From a virus, in the IMG/VR virus record IMGVR_UViG_3300042886_000261, positions 32,001-96,000 of that record: a stretch of 64,000 bases of DNA. One strand, written 5' to 3'. A program made the position numbers and the translations under genes. The notes under the pieces are model-generated. The model saw nothing but the letters and a program-made list of their open reading frames with translations, was not told where the DNA came from and searched no databases. This document shows, piece by piece, positions 52,513-62,061 of this stretch (position 1 is the first letter of the stretch; each line of letters opens with the position of its first letter).

Positions 52513-55479
52513 TTAAGTAAACATAAAAGGAAAAACATTAGATCCCATTACATATCCCATTTTAGTAGCACCACCTTTTTTCTGGTATTGTCCTTTTTGT
52601 AAATTATAATTTGCAAGTATAGCTTCTAAGTTTGATTCATCAGCTACTGGTCCTTTTAAACGGTTTCTTAATAATATTTCACCATATGCAGGATCTATAT
52701 GAGAATTTTGTAATCCTTCTGCATATGCAAGATAGTCTTCATATGTAGTAGGTTTTGCTCTCTTACCATTTCTAAAATACATTTTACCACCTACACTAGG
52801 ATCAATTGCATATTGTGGAGTCATTTGATTCATTGCATCAGTTTGATACATATTAGTAAGTAATGTATTTTCTGCTTCACCTAAATTATGTCTTAAAGCA
52901 CGTTTAGTATTATCCCTTTGTTGATTACCAATTACATTTTGATCATATAATTGTTTAGCTAATCCTTGATTATATCTTTGTGCTTCATTTCTTATTTGTG
53001 TATTATTACCTTCAAATTGATTAGCAATACCAACATTTTGATTATTAAATTGTGCAAGTGTATCAGCTGCATTTTTAGCAAACTGTCCACTAACAGATGA
53101 TGCTCTACTTGAATAATCTTGAGCACCCATAAATTGTCCTAATCCTTGATTAGTAATACTTGCTAATTCTGCATTTGCTGCTAAATTTCTAGTTGGATCT
53201 ACAAAATGAGGAGTCATTGCTTCAGGATGATAATAAGGTGCCCAAGGCTTATAATTTTTAGTACTAAAGTAATCTAATCCAGCATTAAGTCTATTTAATC
53301 TATCTTGTGCCCATGGTTCAAGTGGAGGCATAGGAGGATATTGTTCTTGTGCATCATCTAAATTATCAACATTTTCAGCAGCATCATCAGTTTTTGCAAC
53401 AGCATCATCTTGTTCATATTGAAAATCAGGTTTAAATCCAAGAGCATCAAAATGTTCAATCCCACCTAATATATCATCACCTATTGCTGGTCTATATTCA
53501 TTTTTACCTACTAAACCTTCAATACCTTTTGTAACTTCAGAATAATTTTTTTTATAAAAATCTTCTGATAATAAATCTTTATCATCTTTTGGTATATCTT
53601 TAATACCAAGAGTAGTTGCAAATTGTCTTCTTACTAATGCTTTTGCTTTTGGATCTTTTTGTATACGGTCAACTTCAGCAAATGCATCATCATCTGACAT
53701 ACCTAAACCTTTAGCTTGTTCAAATACAAATCTTTGTTCATATAAATCAGGAGTAAATCCTGCTACAAATGAACCTGAACCTTTTATTTTACCATTAACT
53801 GTTTTAGAATATGGACCTGTTGAACCTTGACTAACAATTTTATATTTATCAGTTCCAAATACTCCTGCAGCATTAGTTACATTTACTACTCTAGATAATA
53901 ATACTCTATCTTTAAAATCACCTTTCCAGTTACCAGTAATTTTTATTTTACCACTCTTTTTTGGTTCTTCAATAATAGTTCCAGCATCAATACCTTTTTT
54001 TATAATGGCATTTGCATCTTCCATCAATTTAGCATTTTCAGGAGATTCATTTTTAAATGCATCAGCAGTTATACCTAAAGATTTTGTATCAGCTGTTACT
54101 TTACCAAGTGTATATGCAGTTACTTTTTTGTAAGAACCATCTTCTTGTTTAACATAATCTCCAACTTGTGTATCAGTAGTAATTCTATCTCTTACTACTG
54201 CTCCTGTAGGTAAATTATCTTTATTATATATTTTATTTTTAACTTCACCTTTAGTTTGATATCTAGTAAGTGCTCCACCTTCTCTATATTGTGTATCATG
54301 GAACGGCATACCATATCCACCCATAGTCATTCCATACTGAGCCATAGGAGCTTCCATCATTTCCTCTTGTGGATTCTGTCCTTGAGGACCTTCAGCCATC
54401 TCTTCTTGAGGATTTTGTTGTCCTTGTTGCATTACTTCTTGAATAGCAGCTTGTGCTTCTTCTTGAGGCATACCAATTTCTACAAGTATTTGCATTATTG
54501 CTTGAGGCGGAACTTGTTTTTGTAGTAATTGCATTATTACATCTTCAGGTTGTGCACCTTGTTGTAACATTTGTTGAACTTGTTGAACCATTTGTGCAAG
54601 AGGATTACCTTCACCTTGTTGTTGTGGTGCTCCTTGTTGTTGCTGTTGTTGCATCATTGCCATTTCTTCAGGAGAAGGTTGACCTTGTTCCATTCCTTCT
54701 TGAGCTACTCTTAATCTTCTACCCATTTGAAAGCCATATCTTCCCATTGGAGCTTCCATAGATTCTTCTTCAGGAGCTTGTTCACCCATACCTTGATTCT
54801 CATATGGGTTATTCATTGCTTGATTATTAACCTGTGCTTCTGGTTGAGCTTTTTGTGGTACTAAGTCTTCTTCTTTGATACCCATTGCTTCCATATATGG
54901 TCTAGCTACTTCAGGTACACCTTGTGGGAATCCTTTTTTAGCTTCTTGTGCAAGAGCTAATGCACCAAGTTTCATATTAATATTTTTAATCATTAACTCA
55001 GCAGACTTTTTATCTACTTTATCTGAGTTAGGATCTTCTAGTATTTTTCTGTATTTATTTAAATCATATGGTTTAGCTAATTCAGCAGGAGTATATCCTT
55101 TTTTACCACATGCTTTTCCAAACATCTTTAAAATTTTACAATCAGTAATCTTCATAGATGCAGTATCACTGAATATAAATGTACCATCAGGCAAATTTAA
55201 AGGAGTTCCTCCTGAATGATGTCTTTTTCCACCAATAAGCATATGTTCAGGAAACCCATCTCCATTGATATCACCAAATGCAGACTCACCTTTTTCAGCT
55301 TCTAAATTAGCTTCATCTCTTGGTACCTGTTTTAGATATCTAGTATTCTCAAGATGTTTTGATGAAGCATTCATATCAGCACCACCAAAACTAATTACTT
55401 GCTTATTTAAATTGTTACCTGTAAAACCTCCTGATTTTGCTTGTGGTAATCCCTTAGTTATTTTTACTTTGAAGTACAT
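52513..55479 (-). CDS. Virion cargo protein with Q/M-rich disordered region
   Basis: 988 aa; NLEAEKGE...G.RH..GG..FIFSD domain recalled from crAss-like cargo proteins; xxxGG motifs. Confidence 0.7.
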   Translation of the reverse strand: MYFKVKITKGLPQAKSGGFTGNNLNKQVISFGGADMNASSKHLENTRYLKQVPRDEANLEAEKGESAFGDINGDGFPEHMLIGGKRHHSGGTPLNLPDGTFIFSDTASMKITDCKILKMFGKACGKKGYTPAELAKPYDLNKYRKILEDPNSDKVDKKSAELMIKNINMKLGALALAQEAKKGFPQGVPEVARPYMEAMGIKEEDLVPQKAQPEAQVNNQAMNNPYENQGMGEQAPEEESMEAPMGRYGFQMGRRLRVAQEGMEQGQPSPEEMAMMQQQQQQGAPQQQGEGNPLAQMVQQVQQMLQQGAQPEDVIMQLLQKQVPPQAIMQILVEIGMPQEEAQAAIQEVMQQGQQNPQEEMAEGPQGQNPQEEMMEAPMAQYGMTMGGYGMPFHDTQYREGGALTRYQTKGEVKNKIYNKDNLPTGAVVRDRITTDTQVGDYVKQEDGSYKKVTAYTLGKVTADTKSLGITADAFKNESPENAKLMEDANAIIKKGIDAGTIIEEPKKSGKIKITGNWKGDFKDRVLLSRVVNVTNAAGVFGTDKYKIVSQGSTGPYSKTVNGKIKGSGSFVAGFTPDLYEQRFVFEQAKGLGMSDDDAFAEVDRIQKDPKAKALVRRQFATTLGIKDIPKDDKDLLSEDFYKKNYSEVTKGIEGLVGKNEYRPAIGDDILGGIEHFDALGFKPDFQYEQDDAVAKTDDAAENVDNLDDAQEQYPPMPPLEPWAQDRLNRLNAGLDYFSTKNYKPWAPYYHPEAMTPHFVDPTRNLAANAELASITNQGLGQFMGAQDYSSRASSVSGQFAKNAADTLAQFNNQNVGIANQFEGNNTQIRNEAQRYNQGLAKQLYDQNVIGNQQRDNTKRALRHNLGEAENTLLTNMYQTDAMNQMTPQYAIDPSVGGKMYFRNGKRAKPTTYEDYLAYAEGLQNSHIDPAYGEILLRNRLKGPVADESNLEAILANYNLQKGQYQKKGGATKMGYVMGSNVFPFMFT

Positions 55480-55488
55480 AATATAATA

Positions 55489-57816
55489 TTAATAAAATTC
55501 TAATTCACCTCCATTAGCACGGAACTCATCTATTTCTTTTTGTGTCATCCATTGAGCATCTTCATCATCATCATCTGCAAAATTTCCACCCATAGCATAA
55601 ACACCTCCACCATATTTTGAAACAACACCTTCAAATCCCATTTGATTAGGTTTATATAAACCAGTTTGATCATGACCTCCTTGATTATATGCACTACTTA
55701 TAGGTTGTTGTCCAAAATTTTCATACATTTGATTTTGCTGTTTATTAGCATTTATGTTTTCAAGTCCTTGTGCTAATGCATTTGCTCCTATTAAAGTATC
55801 ATCTGCTATTGCTTTACCATCAATATCCCAAGCTTGTTTATTTTTAAATTTTTGAGAAACATTTGCTGGAGTATCAGTTACTGGTGCTCTATTAGGTTGA
55901 TTAGGATCAATAGTATAATTATCAGGTTGCATACTTTCAGGTACTGTTGGTTGAATCATATTACCAGTTGCATCTTTAGTTGGTGCTTTATCAAAAAATC
56001 CTTGAAGATTACTAAGATTCATATTATTATCATTAGGATTAAATCCTACTTGACCATCAATTTGATATTTATGTAATTCTGGTATAGATACATCTCCTCC
56101 ATAAGCATATTGAGTATAATCTATTGGGCCACCATATGCTTTTGTTGGAGGTTCAGGTAATAAAGGTTTATAACTTGAATCACGTTTTTTCATTCTTGCT
56201 TCTTCTTCTGGATCATTAGGTACATTTGTATTCCATTTACCTTCTCCTGGAGAAGGAGTATAACGTGATGTTATTTTAGCTCCAAGTTGTTTTATACCTG
56301 GTATTCTTGTATTCATCATTCCTTCACCTACTCTTTCACCAAAAGTGTTACCTCTATATGGTGCATCTTCTGACTTTCCATTTTCTGGCATTTTAATTAA
56401 TGGAGGAACGGTAGAAGATGAGTTTCCATTACCACCATAATTTATTGTAAGTTCTTTTGGTTTACCAAATATTCTAAATTTATCTACATGTACACTTGAT
56501 GGTGCTCTATTTGCAAGATCAGGTCCTATATATTTTTCACCAGATTCAGTATAATATGGAGAACCAACTGCTTTATTATATTGCATGCCTCTCCTAATAG
56601 GAGATCTGAATTTACCAATACCACCCTGATTACTCATTTGTTGCATTATTTGTTGCTGCATCATTTGTTGCAATAACATCTGTTGTTGTTTTTGAGCAGC
56701 AGTACTATTTTGAGAAGTTAATGTTTCATATTTTTTCTTCCAGTCTTCAGTACTTGCAGTATTTGCAGTTTTATCTGCTAGTTCTTTATCTGCTAATACT
56801 TTGTTAGCAGCAAGTTCTTCAGGTGTATATAAAACTCCTGTAGCAGGATTATAAAGATTAGGTTTAACTTCTCCTTCATCTACATATTTATGTAAAGCTC
56901 CACCATGTTTAGCATATCTTTGATAATCTAAATCAGAATCTTGATACTGTTCATCCATTAATTCATTATCACCTCCTCCTATAAATTTATATAAACCAGA
57001 CTCAGGATCTGTAAAACCACCATATTGTCCAAATTGTTGTTTTGGAGTATCATTTTGAATATTCTGATTATTTTGAAAAATATCACCTAAACCAGCTGCA
57101 TAAGCACCAATATGATGCATTGGATTTTCTATATCTATTTGTTCTTGCTGTATCCCACCATCTTCAAATGCACCAACTTGTGGATTACCATATATAGCAT
57201 TATATTGAGCTTCAGCTGCTTGTTTTTGTTGTGCTAAATTAACTGATTCACCTATACCTTTAAAGAAATCCAGCACCTGTCTTCCTCTTCCTTCTTTACC
57301 TTGTATATCATCTGAACCAACAGAAGGTGTATTACCTCCTTCAGCTTTTTTAGCAAGTTTAGTATATTGATTAATAAAACTTCTTTTACTTGGTTTAGCT
57401 CCACCTAATTTTGCATACATTGCTTCTTCATCTTCTGGAGTATCTTCAGTAGTTGACATGTCAATATTAGTATCATACATGGCATTTAATCTATCTTGTT
57501 TTGCTTGTTCTTCAGCTGCATTTTGTTCATCAAGTAATGCTTGTTCTTCTTCAGCTTGTGCTTGTTGTTCTGGAGTAAGTTCACCATTATCTGTTTCATC
57601 AGAACTATTTTGTTCAAGATAATCACTAACTTCAGTAATATATTCATCAGCAGTTTCAGAATCTATACCAACTTGTGCTAATTCTTCTGAGATTGCATCA
57701 GTATCACCATCATAATCATCTGCAGATAATCTATCAGCAATATGTTTATATATTTGTTCTTGAGTAGGTGCATTTGACTGACCTCCTGCTTTATATATTC
57801 TTACTCTCCTTTTCAT
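55489..57816 (-). CDS. Low-complexity virion cargo protein
   Basis: 775 aa, acidic and Q-rich, with more than 10 xxxGG motifs. Confidence 0.7.
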   Translation of the reverse strand: MKRRVRIYKAGGQSNAPTQEQIYKHIADRLSADDYDGDTDAISEELAQVGIDSETADEYITEVSDYLEQNSSDETDNGELTPEQQAQAEEEQALLDEQNAAEEQAKQDRLNAMYDTNIDMSTTEDTPEDEEAMYAKLGGAKPSKRSFINQYTKLAKKAEGGNTPSVGSDDIQGKEGRGRQVLDFFKGIGESVNLAQQKQAAEAQYNAIYGNPQVGAFEDGGIQQEQIDIENPMHHIGAYAAGLGDIFQNNQNIQNDTPKQQFGQYGGFTDPESGLYKFIGGGDNELMDEQYQDSDLDYQRYAKHGGALHKYVDEGEVKPNLYNPATGVLYTPEELAANKVLADKELADKTANTASTEDWKKKYETLTSQNSTAAQKQQQMLLQQMMQQQIMQQMSNQGGIGKFRSPIRRGMQYNKAVGSPYYTESGEKYIGPDLANRAPSSVHVDKFRIFGKPKELTINYGGNGNSSSTVPPLIKMPENGKSEDAPYRGNTFGERVGEGMMNTRIPGIKQLGAKITSRYTPSPGEGKWNTNVPNDPEEEARMKKRDSSYKPLLPEPPTKAYGGPIDYTQYAYGGDVSIPELHKYQIDGQVGFNPNDNNMNLSNLQGFFDKAPTKDATGNMIQPTVPESMQPDNYTIDPNQPNRAPVTDTPANVSQKFKNKQAWDIDGKAIADDTLIGANALAQGLENINANKQQNQMYENFGQQPISSAYNQGGHDQTGLYKPNQMGFEGVVSKYGGGVYAMGGNFADDDDEDAQWMTQKEIDEFRANGGELEFY

Positions 57817-57829
57817 ATAACATGTAATA

Positions 57830-57876
57830 TATATTAAATATAATAATTTTTAGTTTACTAGATAAACATTAAAAGT
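57830..57876 (-). promoter_or_regulatory. Candidate late promoter, motif copy 2
   Basis: Minus strand ACTTT..GTTTATCTAGTAAACT.AAAATT..TATATTTA. Confidence 0.5.
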
Positions 57877-60800
57877 TTATTTAAGTTCTTCTACTATAAA
57901 TCCTGCTTCTTTTAATAGTCTTATTTCTTCATCATCAAGGTCATCTTCCCATGATTCAATTGAACCTCCATTTTTTTCTTCAGGGGTTGAATTTAAACCT
58001 TGATATATATCATTAACAAAAAATGGATTTTTAGCATATTCAAGTGGACTTTCATATGCTTCTTTTGCACCTCTTTTAAACATTTCTGCTCTTGATGGTT
58101 TTTCAGATTCTGGCAATATATAATTCTTATCATCAAGAATTTTTATTTCACTTGGTTTTAAATATGTATTTCTATCATTCTTATCATAATTATATGCATC
58201 ATAAGCACCATATCCTAAACCTCCAAGAACTACATCTTTACCATATTTTTCTGCTAAATTTTGTAAACCTGCACCAGTTGTAGACCATTGAAATTTACCA
58301 TTCATTAATTTTTGTTTATTAATTTTAGCATATTTATTCATAAAAGGGTATTTTCTAAATAGTTCTACTCCTGGATCTGATATTGGTACGTCATATCTAT
58401 TAACACCAGCTTTAGTTTCTATTGGAAATGTTGCATTTGATTTTCTACTAAATCTACCTTGTGGATTTGCTTTACCTAATCTTATATTTGAACCTTCAAC
58501 TGTATCATCAAATCTTGCTGCATAAATTTTACTTGCATCTGTTTTACCTACTTGAGTTGATAATGGTTTAGCTTTACCAAATAATGATTTTCCTCCAGTT
58601 AATTTATTATTTTTAATAGATTTACCAAGTACATTACCTAATGGTCTAACTGCTCCTTCTAATTTTTCACCTACTGGTAATAAATTTAATGGATTATATT
58701 TATTAAATGCTTTAGAAAGGAATGGAGAAATATATCCTTTATCAATTATATTACCTAATACTTTATTTTTAGGTCCAATAAAATTTTGAATAAGTTGTGG
58801 AGATATACCAGCATTTAAATTTGAACCTGCATTTTCAAAAATGTTAACTTTTGGTTTTATATTACTATATTTATTACTATATCCTATTTCTGGAAAATAT
58901 TTTCTTGGTATACCCATAATTTTTGGGTATTGTGCATTTACTAAATCAGCAACATGTTGGCCTGTTGTTCCCATTCCAACATTTGAACGAGGGTCAGTTA
59001 TACCAAATGATTGAGGAATATATTCAGATGGATTTACATCAAATCTTATTGTTTTAGCTCTATTTCTTAACTCTTGAGGTAAATTTAATTCACCTTTTTG
59101 AAAATCACTTGAAGCTGTTACAGATTGACTTTTACCAGACATACCTTTAGCTGATTCACTCATTGAGTTTTCTAAATTAGCTATTTCTCTTTCTGAAAGT
59201 CTTAAATGATTTACATTACCAGGCCCAGGTCTATTAGTTGGATAAAAACCAATTGTTGATTCATAAGATGTATCACCTTTTGGTTTATATGAATACCAAC
59301 TTCCTGTTAAAGCTTGTTGTTCTTCTGTTAAATCTCTTCCAGCTTTTTCTAATCCATAAGGAATATTATCTGGATCCCATCTAGTTACTGGTTCATAAGT
59401 TGGAAGTTTTAATCTTTTGGCTTCTTTTGATGCATATGCTAAATCTTTTCCATAATTTACTGCAGTTTTAGTTCCTTTACCTAAATACTTGGCACCTTGA
59501 TTTACATCTTGTGCAAGTGATTTTATACCAGGTTTTAAGGCATCTACACCTAAACCTAATAAAGATTTACCTGCCATCATTTCACCAACACCAGTAAGTA
59601 AAAAAGGATTTAATCCAGCAGCATCACCAGGTGATACATTACCCATTAACTGACCAGATCCAAAAGTTGGTTGTTTTCTTCTACTATTTTTTAATTTATT
59701 TGCTACAGCAGCTCCAATAGCATCTAATCCAGAAAAAGTTTCTAAAGCTCCGGTACCACTATTATGTATTTCATTCCATTCTTTATTTGTTAAACCAGGA
59801 GTTTTATAATTAAATACATCTTTATCTGCATTACCAAATAATGCTGGTACACCTGTAGATTTAATTAAAAAGTTACCTAATTCTTGTGCACCTGCACCAC
59901 TTCTTGCCCATAGGGAAGGTTGTAGATTTTGTCCATAGTCTGAATATGATGCTATTTCTCTTTCTTTATTACTTAAATGGTCTACCCATTCTCTATGTTT
60001 ATTAGGATCATATCCTTTTTGTTTACCAAGACTTTCAGTTATATAATTATTTCTAAGAATCTCATAATCATTTTTAATTTCTTCTTCTCTATCTTCTGGT
60101 AAAGTATCTGGGTTTATACCTAAAGCATGAGCAAATTTTTTATTTACTCTTTTTTTATACTTGTCATGTTGTTGACCAAGATATTGATCATATGGATGAG
60201 TTTTATCAAACTCCATTTTATACTTTAACCAATCTGGAATATTTTCAGGTCTTACTATTACTTCTGGTAAGTACGTATAGTTAGATACTTTACCTTCTGC
60301 ATTAGGTGCATTACGTTTAGCAGCATCTTGAAGATAATGATCATACTCATAATCATAATTACTTTCATCAAACTCTTCACCTGTTTGTGCTTTATGAAGT
60401 GCTCCACCTTGTCTAAAATTTTCAGTAAGACCTGCTGGTTTTAACCGTGAATTAATTTTAGCTTTTTCTTGTTCTTGATATTTAAGATTTTTTTGTTGGG
60501 AAGCATCACTATCTCTTTTTCTTCTGGCTGCCTCTCTTTGTTCTTGAGTATATCCTTCAGGTAAATTTAAATTTTCATCACCAGCTAATGTACCAAATCT
60601 TGGACCTGAATAACGTACAGGTTTTACATATGGTGCTGCAGGTATTATTTCATATTCAGGTCTAATAGATTGTTGATATGGTATAGGTTTAAGAGGAGTA
60701 ACTTCCTCAATAAGTGGTTGATATATATTATGTATTACTGATTTTTTAAATATAGGATAAGCCATATCTCCAAAACTAGTATTTGGTACATTTTCATAGC

Positions 60801-62061
60801 CTACTGACTTAATACCTTTTATTGTTAATTCATTTATAAAAGGGTCTTTAGAGTATTTTTTTGCAGCATCATAATAAATTTTTTCTCTTTTTTTTAATTC
60901 AGCTTGATATGGTTTTGTTAATTCATTATAGTACTTTTCTCTTTCTTGATTAGTGTGATTTGCTTTATACAGATAAGCATCCCATATAGGATCTGTTTCC
61001 TGTCTCATTTTATGATATAAATCAGTATATGGTTTTCCTTTACTTTTTAAATAGTTACCTACATTATACGCAGCTATAATATCTTTTTCAGCTGCAAAAG
61101 CTTTATCATATGCAGTTTTATCAGTATGAATTACTGTTTTACCTGTTTGTGCTTTAACTAGTTCATGTTGTACAAAACCTCCTTGTTTTTTAATAGGATT
61201 ATTGTTTAAAGTATTTCCAGGTTCAGCTTCATCAAAATACCATTTTAAATCCTCATCAGACATATTACTTCTATTTACATGTGAAGTATTAAAATTCCAT
61301 GACCCATCTTGCTTTTGTACCCATTCTCCTCCTGGGTTTTCTGTATTACTATATAAACTTCCATGTGATACTGATCCATCAGCCCAGTTTGTATGATCAC
61401 TAAAAGTAGGATGATTAGGAAGTTTATATTGATCAGTTGCATGTCCTTTACCATGTGAAAATGCTTCAAAGCCCATTGGGTCTTCTGCAGTAAATCTTCT
61501 TAAATCATAATCAGGAGACCATGGATCACCTACAGGAATTGCTTCTGGTTCTACTTTATTTCTTGGACCTGCATTATTTTGTGGACCACCTACTTGTGCT
61601 TCAGGTAATTCTTCTACTACATAACCTCCATCTCTATATGCTTGTATTTCTTCATCAGTAAGATCACGGTCTTCATAATCAGCTTCTCCACCATTTTCTT
61701 CAGTAGGTAGATTAAAACCATAATTTAATTCATAGTGACTTAATGGATTAGGATTAAGATTAATAGTACCAAGTTTAGAACCACCTTTTTTAGCCATAGG
61801 TGTTTCATCTACATAAGATGCATTAGGAAAATTATAATCTTGATTAGGTTGCATCATTGATCCTTGTCCTACATTAGGTTGTGCCCATACAGGATAAGGT
61901 ACACCTTGCATAGTAATATCATTACCTGGGATTCTAGTTTTTTGACCTGGGTATTTCCACTGACCTGCTGGATCAGTTATTATATCTTTTGGTTTACCTG
62001 GTGCTTTTGCTTTACCTAATTCTGATACAGCTTTAGATAATACTTTTTTATTGAATCCCAT
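57877..62061 (-). CDS. Mosaic virion cargo protein
   Basis: 1394 aa of modules separated by KAQxG/xxxGG motifs; N-terminal GQW.YPG..T.IP...ITM.GV domain. Confidence 0.7.
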   Translation of the reverse strand: MGFNKKVLSKAVSELGKAKAPGKPKDIITDPAGQWKYPGQKTRIPGNDITMQGVPYPVWAQPNVGQGSMMQPNQDYNFPNASYVDETPMAKKGGSKLGTINLNPNPLSHYELNYGFNLPTEENGGEADYEDRDLTDEEIQAYRDGGYVVEELPEAQVGGPQNNAGPRNKVEPEAIPVGDPWSPDYDLRRFTAEDPMGFEAFSHGKGHATDQYKLPNHPTFSDHTNWADGSVSHGSLYSNTENPGGEWVQKQDGSWNFNTSHVNRSNMSDEDLKWYFDEAEPGNTLNNNPIKKQGGFVQHELVKAQTGKTVIHTDKTAYDKAFAAEKDIIAAYNVGNYLKSKGKPYTDLYHKMRQETDPIWDAYLYKANHTNQEREKYYNELTKPYQAELKKREKIYYDAAKKYSKDPFINELTIKGIKSVGYENVPNTSFGDMAYPIFKKSVIHNIYQPLIEEVTPLKPIPYQQSIRPEYEIIPAAPYVKPVRYSGPRFGTLAGDENLNLPEGYTQEQREAARRKRDSDASQQKNLKYQEQEKAKINSRLKPAGLTENFRQGGALHKAQTGEEFDESNYDYEYDHYLQDAAKRNAPNAEGKVSNYTYLPEVIVRPENIPDWLKYKMEFDKTHPYDQYLGQQHDKYKKRVNKKFAHALGINPDTLPEDREEEIKNDYEILRNNYITESLGKQKGYDPNKHREWVDHLSNKEREIASYSDYGQNLQPSLWARSGAGAQELGNFLIKSTGVPALFGNADKDVFNYKTPGLTNKEWNEIHNSGTGALETFSGLDAIGAAVANKLKNSRRKQPTFGSGQLMGNVSPGDAAGLNPFLLTGVGEMMAGKSLLGLGVDALKPGIKSLAQDVNQGAKYLGKGTKTAVNYGKDLAYASKEAKRLKLPTYEPVTRWDPDNIPYGLEKAGRDLTEEQQALTGSWYSYKPKGDTSYESTIGFYPTNRPGPGNVNHLRLSEREIANLENSMSESAKGMSGKSQSVTASSDFQKGELNLPQELRNRAKTIRFDVNPSEYIPQSFGITDPRSNVGMGTTGQHVADLVNAQYPKIMGIPRKYFPEIGYSNKYSNIKPKVNIFENAGSNLNAGISPQLIQNFIGPKNKVLGNIIDKGYISPFLSKAFNKYNPLNLLPVGEKLEGAVRPLGNVLGKSIKNNKLTGGKSLFGKAKPLSTQVGKTDASKIYAARFDDTVEGSNIRLGKANPQGRFSRKSNATFPIETKAGVNRYDVPISDPGVELFRKYPFMNKYAKINKQKLMNGKFQWSTTGAGLQNLAEKYGKDVVLGGLGYGAYDAYNYDKNDRNTYLKPSEIKILDDKNYILPESEKPSRAEMFKRGAKEAYESPLEYAKNPFFVNDIYQGLNSTPEEKNGGSIESWEDDLDDEEIRLLKEAGFIVEELK

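Noticed and set aside
54330-54860. Q/M/P-rich stretch as a DNA repeat element
   Set aside because: Low-complexity coding sequence with only short imperfect peptide repeats (QNPQEEM x2, MEAPM x2)
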